Part shown: positions 56,311 through 64,000 of the stretch, one piece after another | How the letters are laid out: every line of letters begins with the position of its first letter | Position numbering within the stretch: the first letter of the stretch is position 1 | NCBI GenBank assembly: GCA_963775425.1 | Contig: CAVZJB010000016.1 | Coordinates: 416,001 to 480,000 of the forward strand | Direction of reading: 5' to 3' | DNA: 64,000 nt | From: an uncultured delta proteobacterium | Lineage (GTDB): Bacteria; Myxococcota; UBA727; VGSZ01 | Program-made: the position numbers and the translations under genes | The notes under the pieces: model-generated | Database searches by the model: none | Told to the model about the DNA's origin: nothing | What the model saw: the letters and a program-made list of their open reading frames with translations, nothing else

Positions 56311-57294
56311 GTGCCGGCCGCGGCGCGGATCGGGGTGCTCACGCCGCGCCGCCGCCGGCTCGCCCTCGGGATCCTCGCGCTCGCGTTACTCACTTCGATA
56401 GTCATGGGAGTATCAATCGGACCGGACGGCGCGTCCTCGCCGCTCGGCAATCCCCTGGCGGCGCTGCGGCTGTCGCGCGTGCTCCTGGCCGTCGTCGTCG
56501 GCGCGGGTCTGGCGGCCACCGGGGCGGCGCTGCAGGCGCTCATGAAGAACCCGCTCGCCGACCCCTACGTGCTCGGCGTCTCCGGGGGCGCGGCCATGGG
56601 CGGCGCGCTCGCCATCGCCGTCGGCGGCGCGGCCGGCCTCGGCCTGCACGCGTCGGCGGCGGGCGGCGCGCTCCTCGCGTCGGCGCTCCTGGCGTGGTTC
56701 CTCGCGCGCGACCGCGGCGGGCGCAGCGAGACCGCGCTCCTCGTCGGCGTCACGCTCAACGCCTTCTCCTGGGCGCTCGTGGCGGTGGTGCGCGCGGCGC
56801 TGCCGGCGGAGCGCACGCAGATCCTCTCGGTGTGGCTGGTGGGCACGGTGGGCTACCCCGCCGTCTCCGACCTCGTCATCGCCGCGGTCACCACCGTCGT
56901 CGGGCTCGCGCTGCTCGTGGTCGCCTCCGGGGACCTGGCGCTGATGCGCGCCGGCGAGGAGGAGGCCGCGCGGCTCGGCGTGAGCCTGCGGCGCGCGAAG
57001 CTCCTGTCGTACGGCGCGGCGAGCCTGCTCGTCGGCGTGGCCGTGAGCACGAGCGGCGTCATCGGCTTCATCGGGCTCATCGCGCCCCACGCGTGCAAGC
57101 TGGCGCTCGGCCGCGACGAGCGCCTCGTGGTCCCGGCGTCGGCGCTGGCGGGCGCGGTGGCGCTCGTGCTGTTCGATACGGCGGCGCGCGCGTCGTTCAC
57201 GCTGTTTTCGAGCGAGCTGCCCACGGGGGCGCTGACGGCGGTGGTGGGCGCGCCGCTGTTCGCGTTCGCTTTGTGGCGGAAGGTGCGCCGATGA
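56311..57294 (+). CDS. btuC: Cobalamin ABC transporter permease (FecCD family)
   Basis: LRLSRVLLA..GA.LQALMKNPLADPYVLGVSGGA..GEEEAARLGV..GVIGFIGL.APH..ELPTG..TA.VGAP.F. Confidence 0.9.
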   Translation: MPAAARIGVLTPRRRRLALGILALALLTSIVMGVSIGPDGASSPLGNPLAALRLSRVLLAVVVGAGLAATGAALQALMKNPLADPYVLGVSGGAAMGGALAIAVGGAAGLGLHASAAGGALLASALLAWFLARDRGGRSETALLVGVTLNAFSWALVAVVRAALPAERTQILSVWLVGTVGYPAVSDLVIAAVTTVVGLALLVVASGDLALMRAGEEEAARLGVSLRRAKLLSYGAASLLVGVAVSTSGVIGFIGLIAPHACKLALGRDERLVVPASALAGAVALVLFDTAARASFTLFSSELPTGALTAVVGAPLFAFALWRKVRR

Positions 57295-58061
57295 GCTTGA
57301 GCGCGCTCGGCGTGTCTGTCGGCTCGCGCCTCGTCGACGTGACGCTGACGTTCGTCCCGGGCACGCTCACGGTGGTGGTCGGCGAAAACGGCGCCGGCAA
57401 GTCCACGCTCCTCGACGTGCTCTCGGGCGTCCTCGCGCCGAAGAGCGGCGCCGTCCGCCTCACCGACGCGTCGGCGCGCGAGCTCGACGTCGCCGCCCTC
57501 GCCCCCCGCGATCGCGCCCGCCGGATCGCGAGCCTCGGGCAGCGCCCCGTCGACGTCGACGACATCACGGCCGCGGAGCGTATCGCCCACGGCCTGGCGC
57601 CGCGCCGCGGGAGCCACGCCCTCGTCGACGGCGCGGCGCGCGCGCGCATCGAGGCGGCCGCCGGGGCGCTCGGCGTCGCGCCGCTCCTCGGTCGAGCGCT
57701 GGGGACGCTGTCGAGCGGCGAGCGGCGGCGCGTGGAGGTGGCGCGCGCGCTCGTCGACGACGAGGCCCCGGTGCTGATCGTGGACGAGCCCCACGCCGGC
57801 GTCGACGTGCGGCACCAGGGGCTCGTCTCGCGCGCGCTGGTCGCCCGGGCGCGCGCCGGCGCCACGGTCGTCGCGAGCGTGCACGAGCTCGGCGCTGCGG
57901 CGTTCGCGGACCGGCTCGTCGGCCTGCGCGACGGCCGCGTCGTCGTCGACGGCGCGCCCGACGACGCCCTGAGCGCCGCGTCCGTGGACGCCCTGTACGG
58001 CGTGAGCGGCGCGGTGGTCGTCCGCGAAAGCGGCGCCGTCGCCGTCCTGATGCCGCGTTGA
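57291..58061 (+). CDS. btuD: Cobalamin ABC transporter ATPase
   Basis: GENGAGKST, LSSGE, LIVDEP, H-switch; ATGA coupling. Confidence 0.88.
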   Translation: MSLSALGVSVGSRLVDVTLTFVPGTLTVVVGENGAGKSTLLDVLSGVLAPKSGAVRLTDASARELDVAALAPRDRARRIASLGQRPVDVDDITAAERIAHGLAPRRGSHALVDGAARARIEAAAGALGVAPLLGRALGTLSSGERRRVEVARALVDDEAPVLIVDEPHAGVDVRHQGLVSRALVARARAGATVVASVHELGAAAFADRLVGLRDGRVVVDGAPDDALSAASVDALYGVSGAVVVRESGAVAVLMPR

Positions 58062-58083
58062 GCCCCTCGGCGCGCGCCACCGC

Positions 58084-58450
58084 CCTCCCCGTGACCGCGC
58101 GCTCACCTCCAAGCGCCCACCGTCGACGTCCACGTCGACGTCGTGCCGCCTTCGAGGGGCTTCGCCGCCGTCGCCCTTGTCGCCGGTGCGTCGAGGCGCG
58201 CCGTCGCCCTTGTCGCCGGTATGTGAGGCGGGCCGTCGCCCTTGGCGGCGAGCGGCGGCGCCGTCGTCGCGGGTGCCTGCGTCGAAGGAGCCGTCGCCTC
58301 GTCGTCGTGCCCCTTGGGGGCCGGCGCCGCCGACGCGCACCACACGCCTCACGGGCCTCTCCGTGACCGCGCGCGCGCGCCGCACGCGCTTGCCGTGCCC
58401 GCCACGCTCTCGCCGTTCGACGTCGCCGCCCTGCCACCTTCGAGCGGGCG
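58084..58450. repeat. Composite intergenic repeat region (dispersed-repeat copies 3 and 4 plus short tandem repeats)
   Basis: 58356-58396 and 58084-58102 match the repeat core in reverse; GCCGTCGCCCTTG(TCGCCGGT) occurs at 58167, 58200 and 58232. Confidence 0.75.
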
Positions 58451-58535
58451 GCGGCATGGCCGACCGCGCGCGACGCGCCCCCGAGCTCGCACGCGAGAAA
58501 TCGCGCCCGGCCGGCCGGCCCGGTACGATTTGTCC

Positions 58536-59549
58536 ATGGGGAAGGCAAACGCACCGAAGACCCGCGCGGTGCGAGCAAAAAAGCCGAGCGCGCCGGCGTC
58601 GAACGCGCGCGCGCCGAAGGCCAAGGCGAGCACGGCGAGGGCGAAGGCGCCCAAGGCGAGCGCGCCCAAGGCGAGCGCGAAGGCGAAGGCGCCCAGGACG
58701 AGGCCGAAGACGACGAGCGCGGCCAAGCCGAAGACAATCGCGGCGAGGGCGAAGGCGCCCAGGACGAAGGCGGCGACGAGCGCGGCGAAGGCGAACGCGC
58801 GCAAGGCGAAGGCGGGCAAGGCGAGGGCGGGCAAGACGAGCGCGGCGACGACGGAGGCCGCCCCCGCGGACGCGCCTCGCCCGGGGACCTCATCCGGGCC
58901 GCGCCCGCGGGCGGCGACGACGAGAGCCGCGCCCGACCGCGGCGCGAGGAGCCACGCGCCGCTGCCGATGCGCGCGCACCCGCCCGCGCGCGGCGTGCGC
59001 GTCCTGCGCACCGGCCTGCGCGCGCTCGTGCCGAGCACGTACCGCGCGGAGGGAGAGACCGATGCGTTCCTCAAGAGCTACAAGGAGAAGTGGCTCTCGC
59101 GCCTCGACTTCAACAGCGCCGAGAACGTGCACTCGCTGCTCATGCTCGGCTTCCTCGTCCTCGCGCTCGGCCGCGAGGGGGAAGCCGAGGCCATCGCCAC
59201 CCGCATCATCCAGCACGTCGACGTCGTCAACGCCGGCGTCGAGATGAGGAACACCGTAGCGTCCGCGCACCGCCTCGCGGCGTGGCTCAAGGCGAAGCGC
59301 GGCGTGAACGCGCAGCCGCTCCTCGCGCGCGCCGCCGTCCTCGGCACGCTCTCCGCGCACCAGGATCGCACGTGGCTCTCCAACGAGGCCGCCGCCGAGA
59401 TCGACGACGCCGTCGCCCGCCACAAGATGAGCTACCTCGCCTACCCCCTCGCCGGCATCGTTCGATGGATCAACGCCCCCGCCGCGCGGCACAAGGCCGA
59501 GGCGCTCCTCGACACCGCCCTCGAGGCCCTGCGGAGCATGATGCGATAG
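58536..59549 (+). CDS. Protein with histone H1-like Lys/Ala/Pro-rich N-terminus and helical C-terminal domain
   Basis: ~110 aa of KAPKA/AKAK repeats, then a globular helical domain; TACGAT 6 nt before ATG. Confidence 0.7.
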   Translation: MGKANAPKTRAVRAKKPSAPASNARAPKAKASTARAKAPKASAPKASAKAKAPRTRPKTTSAAKPKTIAARAKAPRTKAATSAAKANARKAKAGKARAGKTSAATTEAAPADAPRPGTSSGPRPRAATTRAAPDRGARSHAPLPMRAHPPARGVRVLRTGLRALVPSTYRAEGETDAFLKSYKEKWLSRLDFNSAENVHSLLMLGFLVLALGREGEAEAIATRIIQHVDVVNAGVEMRNTVASAHRLAAWLKAKRGVNAQPLLARAAVLGTLSAHQDRTWLSNEAAAEIDDAVARHKMSYLAYPLAGIVRWINAPAARHKAEALLDTALEALRSMMR

Positions 59550-59835
59550 CTGGCACGCGTCTTGGTGTCCTCCGCGCGCCCACCGGAGGAATCACATGGA
59601 CATCGATATCGGACTCGCCGAAGTCTCGCACCTCGTCGCCGCCGCGCGGAGTACGTGGCGAGGCACGTCGGCGTGCAAGAGCCGCTGCAGGTTGTGAGGA
59701 AACGGCGGGTCCGAGCGGTGTTGTGATCCGGCTATCGGCGCACGTGGCGGCTTCGTGCGATCACGCGTCGATCAGGCGAGCCGGGTGCTCGGGGCCGATG
59801 AGGTCGGCATGGGTCTTCAGCTCAACCTTCGCCAC

Positions 59836-59930
59836 CGCCGGAGCGGAAAGGAGCCGAGAGCTCGGCGCCCCGGCGCTCAACTCGGCGCGCATCTTCGTCG
59901 CCGAGCTCGGAGCTCCTTTCCGCTCCGCCG
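59836..59930. mobile_element. MITE-like inverted-repeat element
   Basis: 14-bp perfect TIR GAGCGGAAAGGAGC / GCTCCTTTCCGCTC (stem extendable to ~27 bp), flanked by a CGCCG direct repeat. Confidence 0.45.
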
Positions 59931-60050
59931 TGTGCCCGTAGCACCGTCCCCTTCCGGGTGGCTCGGATCAACGGTCCATCGGGCCAGCCCTCGTCGCTCT
60001 TGATCCCGATGGATCACGTCAGCCTCTCAGCCCTGGGCGCTCCCGGGGCG

Positions 60051-61061
60051 TCAGGCGTTCTCGGCCTTCAGCTTGCGCCCCATGAGCCCGTAGACCTCCT
60101 CGCGCGGATCGGTCCCCGCGAAGAGCAGCCGGTGCACCGCCGCCGCGATGGGCATCTCGATGCCCTCGCGCTCGGCGAGCGCGTTCACCGAGCGCGCGGT
60201 GTTCACGCCCTCGGCCACCTCGCCGAGGGCCTTGAGGATGTCGTCGAGCTTCTTGCCCTGCCCGAGCTGCACGCCGACGGTGCGGTTGCGCGAGAGGTTG
60301 CCGGTGCACGTGAGCACGAGGTCGCCCATGCCCGCGAGCCCCGCCATCGTCAGCGGGCGCGCGCCCATCTTGGTCGCCAGCCGCGTCATCTCCGCCAGGC
60401 CGCGGGTGATGAGGGCGGCGTTGGTGTTGGCGCCGAAGCCGAGGCCGTCGGCGGCGCCGGCGGCGATGGCGATGACGTTCTTCAACGCGCCGCCGAGCTC
60501 TACGCCGTTGACGTCGGTGGTGGTGTACGCGCGGAAGTAGTCGGTGGAGATGATCCCCTGCACGTGCTCCGCCACCGCCTCCTCCGCGGCCGCGATGGTC
60601 ACCGCCGTGGGCAGCCGGCGCGCCATCTCCGCCGCGAAGCTCGGCCCCGAGAGGTAGCAGAGCCGGCCGCGCAGCTTCTCCGGCACCGACGACGACAAGA
60701 TGTCGCTCACGAGCTTCAGGGACCCGCTCTCGATGCCCTTGGTGGCGCTCATCACGTAGGCGCCGTCATCGAGACAGGGGCCGGCCTCGGCCCAGACCTC
60801 GCGCACCGCCACCGTGGGCATGGCGCTCACGACGAGCCCCGCGCCGCGCACCGCCTCCTTGACGTCGGTGAGCGCCTTGAGGCCCGGCGGCAGGCGTACG
60901 CCCTTCAAGCGCCGCGGGTGGACGTGGTCGTCGTTGATGGCCTTGACCACCGCAGCATCGCGCGCGCACAGCCGCACCACGTGCCCGCCCTCGGCCAGGA
61001 GCTTCGCGAGCGCGGTGCCGAACGAGCCCGCCCCCAACACCGCAACCGTCTCGCTCATCAT
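60051..61061 (-). CDS. gpsA: NAD(P)H-dependent glycerol-3-phosphate dehydrogenase
   Basis: GAGSFGTALA, ATKGIE, LSGPSFA, GVELGGALKNVIAIAAG, GLAGMGDLVLTC..SRN. Confidence 0.97.
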   Translation of the reverse strand: MMSETVAVLGAGSFGTALAKLLAEGGHVVRLCARDAAVVKAINDDHVHPRRLKGVRLPPGLKALTDVKEAVRGAGLVVSAMPTVAVREVWAEAGPCLDDGAYVMSATKGIESGSLKLVSDILSSSVPEKLRGRLCYLSGPSFAAEMARRLPTAVTIAAAEEAVAEHVQGIISTDYFRAYTTTDVNGVELGGALKNVIAIAAGAADGLGFGANTNAALITRGLAEMTRLATKMGARPLTMAGLAGMGDLVLTCTGNLSRNRTVGVQLGQGKKLDDILKALGEVAEGVNTARSVNALAEREGIEMPIAAAVHRLLFAGTDPREEVYGLMGRKLKAENA

Positions 61062-61089
61062 CCACCTCTCAAGCTAGCGTCGGTGCACG

Positions 61090-62409
61090 ATGGCGGACCC
61101 CTCCACCGACGGTCAAGACGCGCTGCGCCTCCTCGCGCGCGCCACCCGCGCGCTCGTCGAAGAGGGCCGGCTGTCGCTCGAGGGGCTGCTGCCCGCGTAC
61201 CGCGCGCTCGCGCCGCCCACCCACGCCGGCGCGCGCGCGGACGCCGTCGACGTCGACTTCATCAGGCGCTGCCGCGCCCTGGGGGGCGACGCCCTCCTGC
61301 GCGCGCGCACGATCGTCGTCGAGGAGGGCCCCGCCCGCTCGACGTTGCGCGTGACCGCGGCCGCGGCGCGTGGCGCGAGCGGCGACGTCGCGTTCGTGGC
61401 GCCCGCCGGCGACGCTGCCCCGGGCGACGCGCTCCTCCTCGCGCTCGGCCTCTCCCTCGAGGCCGCCAAGCTCGCGCACGGCCTCAAGCCCCCGGCGGAC
61501 GCGCTCCGCGCTTCGTTCGCCACCCCCAACGACGCCCGCGCCGCCGTCGCGGCGCTCGAGTGGGGCGGCGCCGCGCGCGAGCTCGCGCTTGCCCCTGCGC
61601 GGCCGCGCGTCGACCCGCGCGCCGTCGCCCTGCACGCCGGCGATCGCCCCGTCTACGTCGTGTGCGGCGCCGGCGCGCTCCGTGTCCACGACCTGCTGTC
61701 GCCGTACGCCCGGCGGCTCCGCGCCGAGCTCGGCGCGCTCGGCAGGTCTCTGCGCGACGCCGGCGGCCGCGCCGACGACGACGACGTCTACGCCGGCGCC
61801 GCCGCCCTCCTCGCCGACGACGAGGTGTGCGCCGAGCGGCTCGAGGCGGAGCGCGGCGAGGGCTTCCTGCCCGCCGGCGAGGGCGCGCTGGTCATCCGCT
61901 GCGAGGCCGTGCCCGACGACGTCGACCGCCGCTGCCGCGAGGCGGCGGTGGCCCTCAAGCGCGCCCGAGCGGCCATCGTCGTCGTCGAGCCCTCCGCAGC
62001 GTCGCTGGCGGCGGCGCTCGAAGGCGCCGGCGCCTCGTGCCGCGCGGTCGCGCTGATCCACGAGGCCGACCGTGCCTGTGTCCCACGCTTCGTGCGCGAG
62101 TGCGCGTCAGGCCACGTCGTGCTCGTGGAAAACGCGCTGCAGTCCGAGGGGACGCTCACGACGCTGCCCTCTTTGGGCCTGGCCGCCGGCGACGGCGACG
62201 GGGCCCGCGACGCCGGGGCGTTCTTCCTCGTGCAGGCGGCGCTGCAGGCACAAGCGGGCGGCGCGCTCTCCGGCGACGCCCGCGTCGCGCTGAAGACGTA
62301 CGCGGCCGGAGACGTCCAGGGGATGTCACGCGCCTGTCTCGACGTGCTCTCGCGGTTAGGACCAAAAAGAGGCAAACCCACCGCGGCCGCTCCGTTCAGC
62401 CGCAAATAG
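61090..62409 (+). CDS. Hypothetical protein (possibly DUF6909-related)
   Basis: 439-aa coding-like frame; RPVYVV..LLSPYA segment loosely recalls DUF6909 (unverified). Confidence 0.6.
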   Translation: MADPSTDGQDALRLLARATRALVEEGRLSLEGLLPAYRALAPPTHAGARADAVDVDFIRRCRALGGDALLRARTIVVEEGPARSTLRVTAAAARGASGDVAFVAPAGDAAPGDALLLALGLSLEAAKLAHGLKPPADALRASFATPNDARAAVAALEWGGAARELALAPARPRVDPRAVALHAGDRPVYVVCGAGALRVHDLLSPYARRLRAELGALGRSLRDAGGRADDDDVYAGAAALLADDEVCAERLEAERGEGFLPAGEGALVIRCEAVPDDVDRRCREAAVALKRARAAIVVVEPSAASLAAALEGAGASCRAVALIHEADRACVPRFVRECASGHVVLVENALQSEGTLTTLPSLGLAAGDGDGARDAGAFFLVQAALQAQAGGALSGDARVALKTYAAGDVQGMSRACLDVLSRLGPKRGKPTAAAPFSRK

Positions 62410-62436
62410 GCCCGCTCAACGAGGAGAAGGACTGTC

Positions 62437-63222
62437 ATGCGCATGCTCGCCGTCGCCGCCGTCGTGCTCGGCACCCAGACCGCCTGCGCCTCCCTCGGGC
62501 TCGGGCGCGCCGCCGCCGACGTGCTGCTGCCCGTCCCCCAGGAGAACAAGCTCGGCAAGACGCTCGCCGCCGAGGTGGAGAAGAAAGAGAAGCTGCACCC
62601 GAACAAACAGTTGCAGGCCTACGTCGCCGCCGTCGGCGCAAAGGTCGCCCGCAAGGCGCGCGACACGCCCAAGGGCATCACCTACACGTTCAAGGTCATC
62701 GACGACGACAAGACCGTGAACGCCTTCGCCCTGCCCGGCGGGCACATCTACGTCTACAGCGGCCTGTTGGCGATGCTCGACGACGAGGCCGAGCTCGCCG
62801 ACGTCCTCGGGCACGAGATCGCCCACGTCACCCAGCGGCACGTGGCGCAGAAGTTGGTCGCCCAGTACGGCATCGAGACCGTGCTCGGCCTCGCGCTCGG
62901 AAAGAACCCCAACGCGCTCGCGCAGATCGTCAGTCAGCTCGTGGAGGGCGGCGCCCTGTTGCGCTTCACCCACGCCGAGGAGGAGCAGGCCGACGAGCAT
63001 GGCCTGCCCTACGCCGTCGCCGCCGGCTACGACCCCAACGGCCTCGTGCGCTTCTTCCAGAAGCTCGTCAAGGGCGAGGGGCCCAAGATGCTCACCTACC
63101 TCTCCGACCACCCCCTGCCGAGCGAGCGCATCGTGGCCGCCAAGGCGCGCATCGCGAAGATGCGCAACCCGCCGAAGACCACCAACGCCGCCAAGTACCA
63201 GCAGATGAAGCGGCTCATCTAG
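62437..63222 (+). CDS. M48-family metallopeptidase lipoprotein
   Basis: NAFALPGG.IYVYSGL, LGHEIAHV, E.QAD..G..Y..AGYDP, YLSDHP...RI; lipobox QTAC. Confidence 0.92.
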   Translation: MRMLAVAAVVLGTQTACASLGLGRAAADVLLPVPQENKLGKTLAAEVEKKEKLHPNKQLQAYVAAVGAKVARKARDTPKGITYTFKVIDDDKTVNAFALPGGHIYVYSGLLAMLDDEAELADVLGHEIAHVTQRHVAQKLVAQYGIETVLGLALGKNPNALAQIVSQLVEGGALLRFTHAEEEQADEHGLPYAVAAGYDPNGLVRFFQKLVKGEGPKMLTYLSDHPLPSERIVAAKARIAKMRNPPKTTNAAKYQQMKRLI

Positions 63223-63300
63223 AGACGCTCCGCGCGGCGCCGGGCCGGCACCGACGGCGGCACGCGCGGGCGTGTGGTACGGTCCCCTCGTGGAGGAAGC

Positions 63301-64000
63301 ATGAAATTGCGCCTTGCCTTCGTTGTGGTGTGTCTGCCTCTCGCCGGTTGTGACCTCATCACGTCGTGGTTCGAGCAGTCCGTCGATCTGCCCGTCACCC
63401 TCACCTCGCCACCGCAGGACTTCAGCGTCACCGACGCCGTCGACAGCGCCCAGGGCGAGGCTTGCACCACCGCCGACTCGGCCGGGTGCAAGGCGCTCAC
63501 CGCGATCTGCCAGACCGACGCCGGGGCCACCTGTCCCGACGACGGCATGCCCGCCGAGTTCCCGGGGCAAATCACGGTCGACGGCAACACCGTCGACGCC
63601 AACCAGCTCATGGGCGACATGGGCGTCACCAAGGCCACCGAGCTCAAGATCGGCCTGCCCGTCGACGTCGGCGCCGCGCTCGCGGACCAGGGCGTGCAGT
63701 CGCCCGACGCCATCCAGAACGTGAAGATCGCGGACGTGACGATGCAGTGGCCGAAGAACTCGCTCACCTTCGACGCGCCGCCGCTCGATCTCTACGTCAC
63801 CACCGACGACGTCGGCCCCGCGGACGCCATCGACGCCGACGCGCTCATCGCGGACGGCACCGTGAAGAAGGTCGGCACCGTGGGCATCGACCTCGACGGC
63901 GACGGCGTCTTCGACGTCGGCCAGCGGGCCGGCTCCACCGACGACGTCCCGCTCTCGTTCGTCGACGGTGGCGAGGATCTGCTCACGAGCGCCGTCACCG
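63301..64000 (+). CDS. Putative lipoprotein (3' partial, absent from the ORF track)
   Basis: GGAGG RBS; MKLRLAFVVVCLPLAGCDLITSWFEQ; frame appears open to the window end. Confidence 0.72.
   Translation, partial: MKLRLAFVVVCLPLAGCDLITSWFEQSVDLPVTLTSPPQDFSVTDAVDSAQGEACTTADSAGCKALTAICQTDAGATCPDDGMPAEFPGQITVDGNTVDANQLMGDMGVTKATELKIGLPVDVGAALADQGVQSPDAIQNVKIADVTMQWPKNSLTFDAPPLDLYVTTDDVGPADAIDADALIADGTVKKVGTVGIDLDGDGVFDVGQRAGSTDDVPLSFVDGGEDLLTSAVT

Noticed and set aside
58167-58244. CRISPR-like spaced repeats
   Set aside because: Only three degenerate units, spacers ~11-12 nt, no leader or cas genes.

Overview
High-GC bacterial DNA with Myxococcota/deltaproteobacterial hallmarks (MYXO-CTERM-like sorting tags, myxobacterial Cys-rich repeats, many Cys-rich lipoproteins, poly-GE linkers); the taxonomy is inferred, not determined. 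Left part (1-24.5 kb): a surface-protein operon (Kelch protein, a ~2400-aa Calx-beta adhesin fused to a TraB-like beta-barrel/OmpA protein, and a membrane adenylate cyclase), paralogous lipoproteins, a transglutaminase-elicitor-like/P-domain protein, a heme-c/copper monooxygenase, a Ser/Thr kinase and a HisRS-like paralog. Centre (24.6-33.4 kb): a rearranged tuf/tRNA-Trp/secE/nusG/rplKAJL cluster. Its tRNA operon is inverted relative to tuf, there is no rpmG, two genes are inserted, and rpoB does not follow rplL. A ~0.9-kb decayed element at tRNA-Thr carries a doubly broken RelE/ParE-type toxin-antitoxin pair and an integrase remnant that the ORF track misses. Right part: a Crp regulator, a pseudogene scar, an unusual acetyltransferase-adenylation-(GAN)n-carrier fusion, phospholipase D, an FHA protein, an MFS transporter, sppA, a cobalamin-riboswitch-controlled B12 uptake operon with two extra lipoproteins, a histone-H1-like fusion, gpsA and an M48 protease. 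A dispersed ~90-bp intergenic repeat and a MITE-like hairpin are present. Three frameshifts share the signature GATC->GATTC within RGATCY, possibly a sequencing footprint of DNA methylation. All assignments come from motif recognition by eye; no searches were run.
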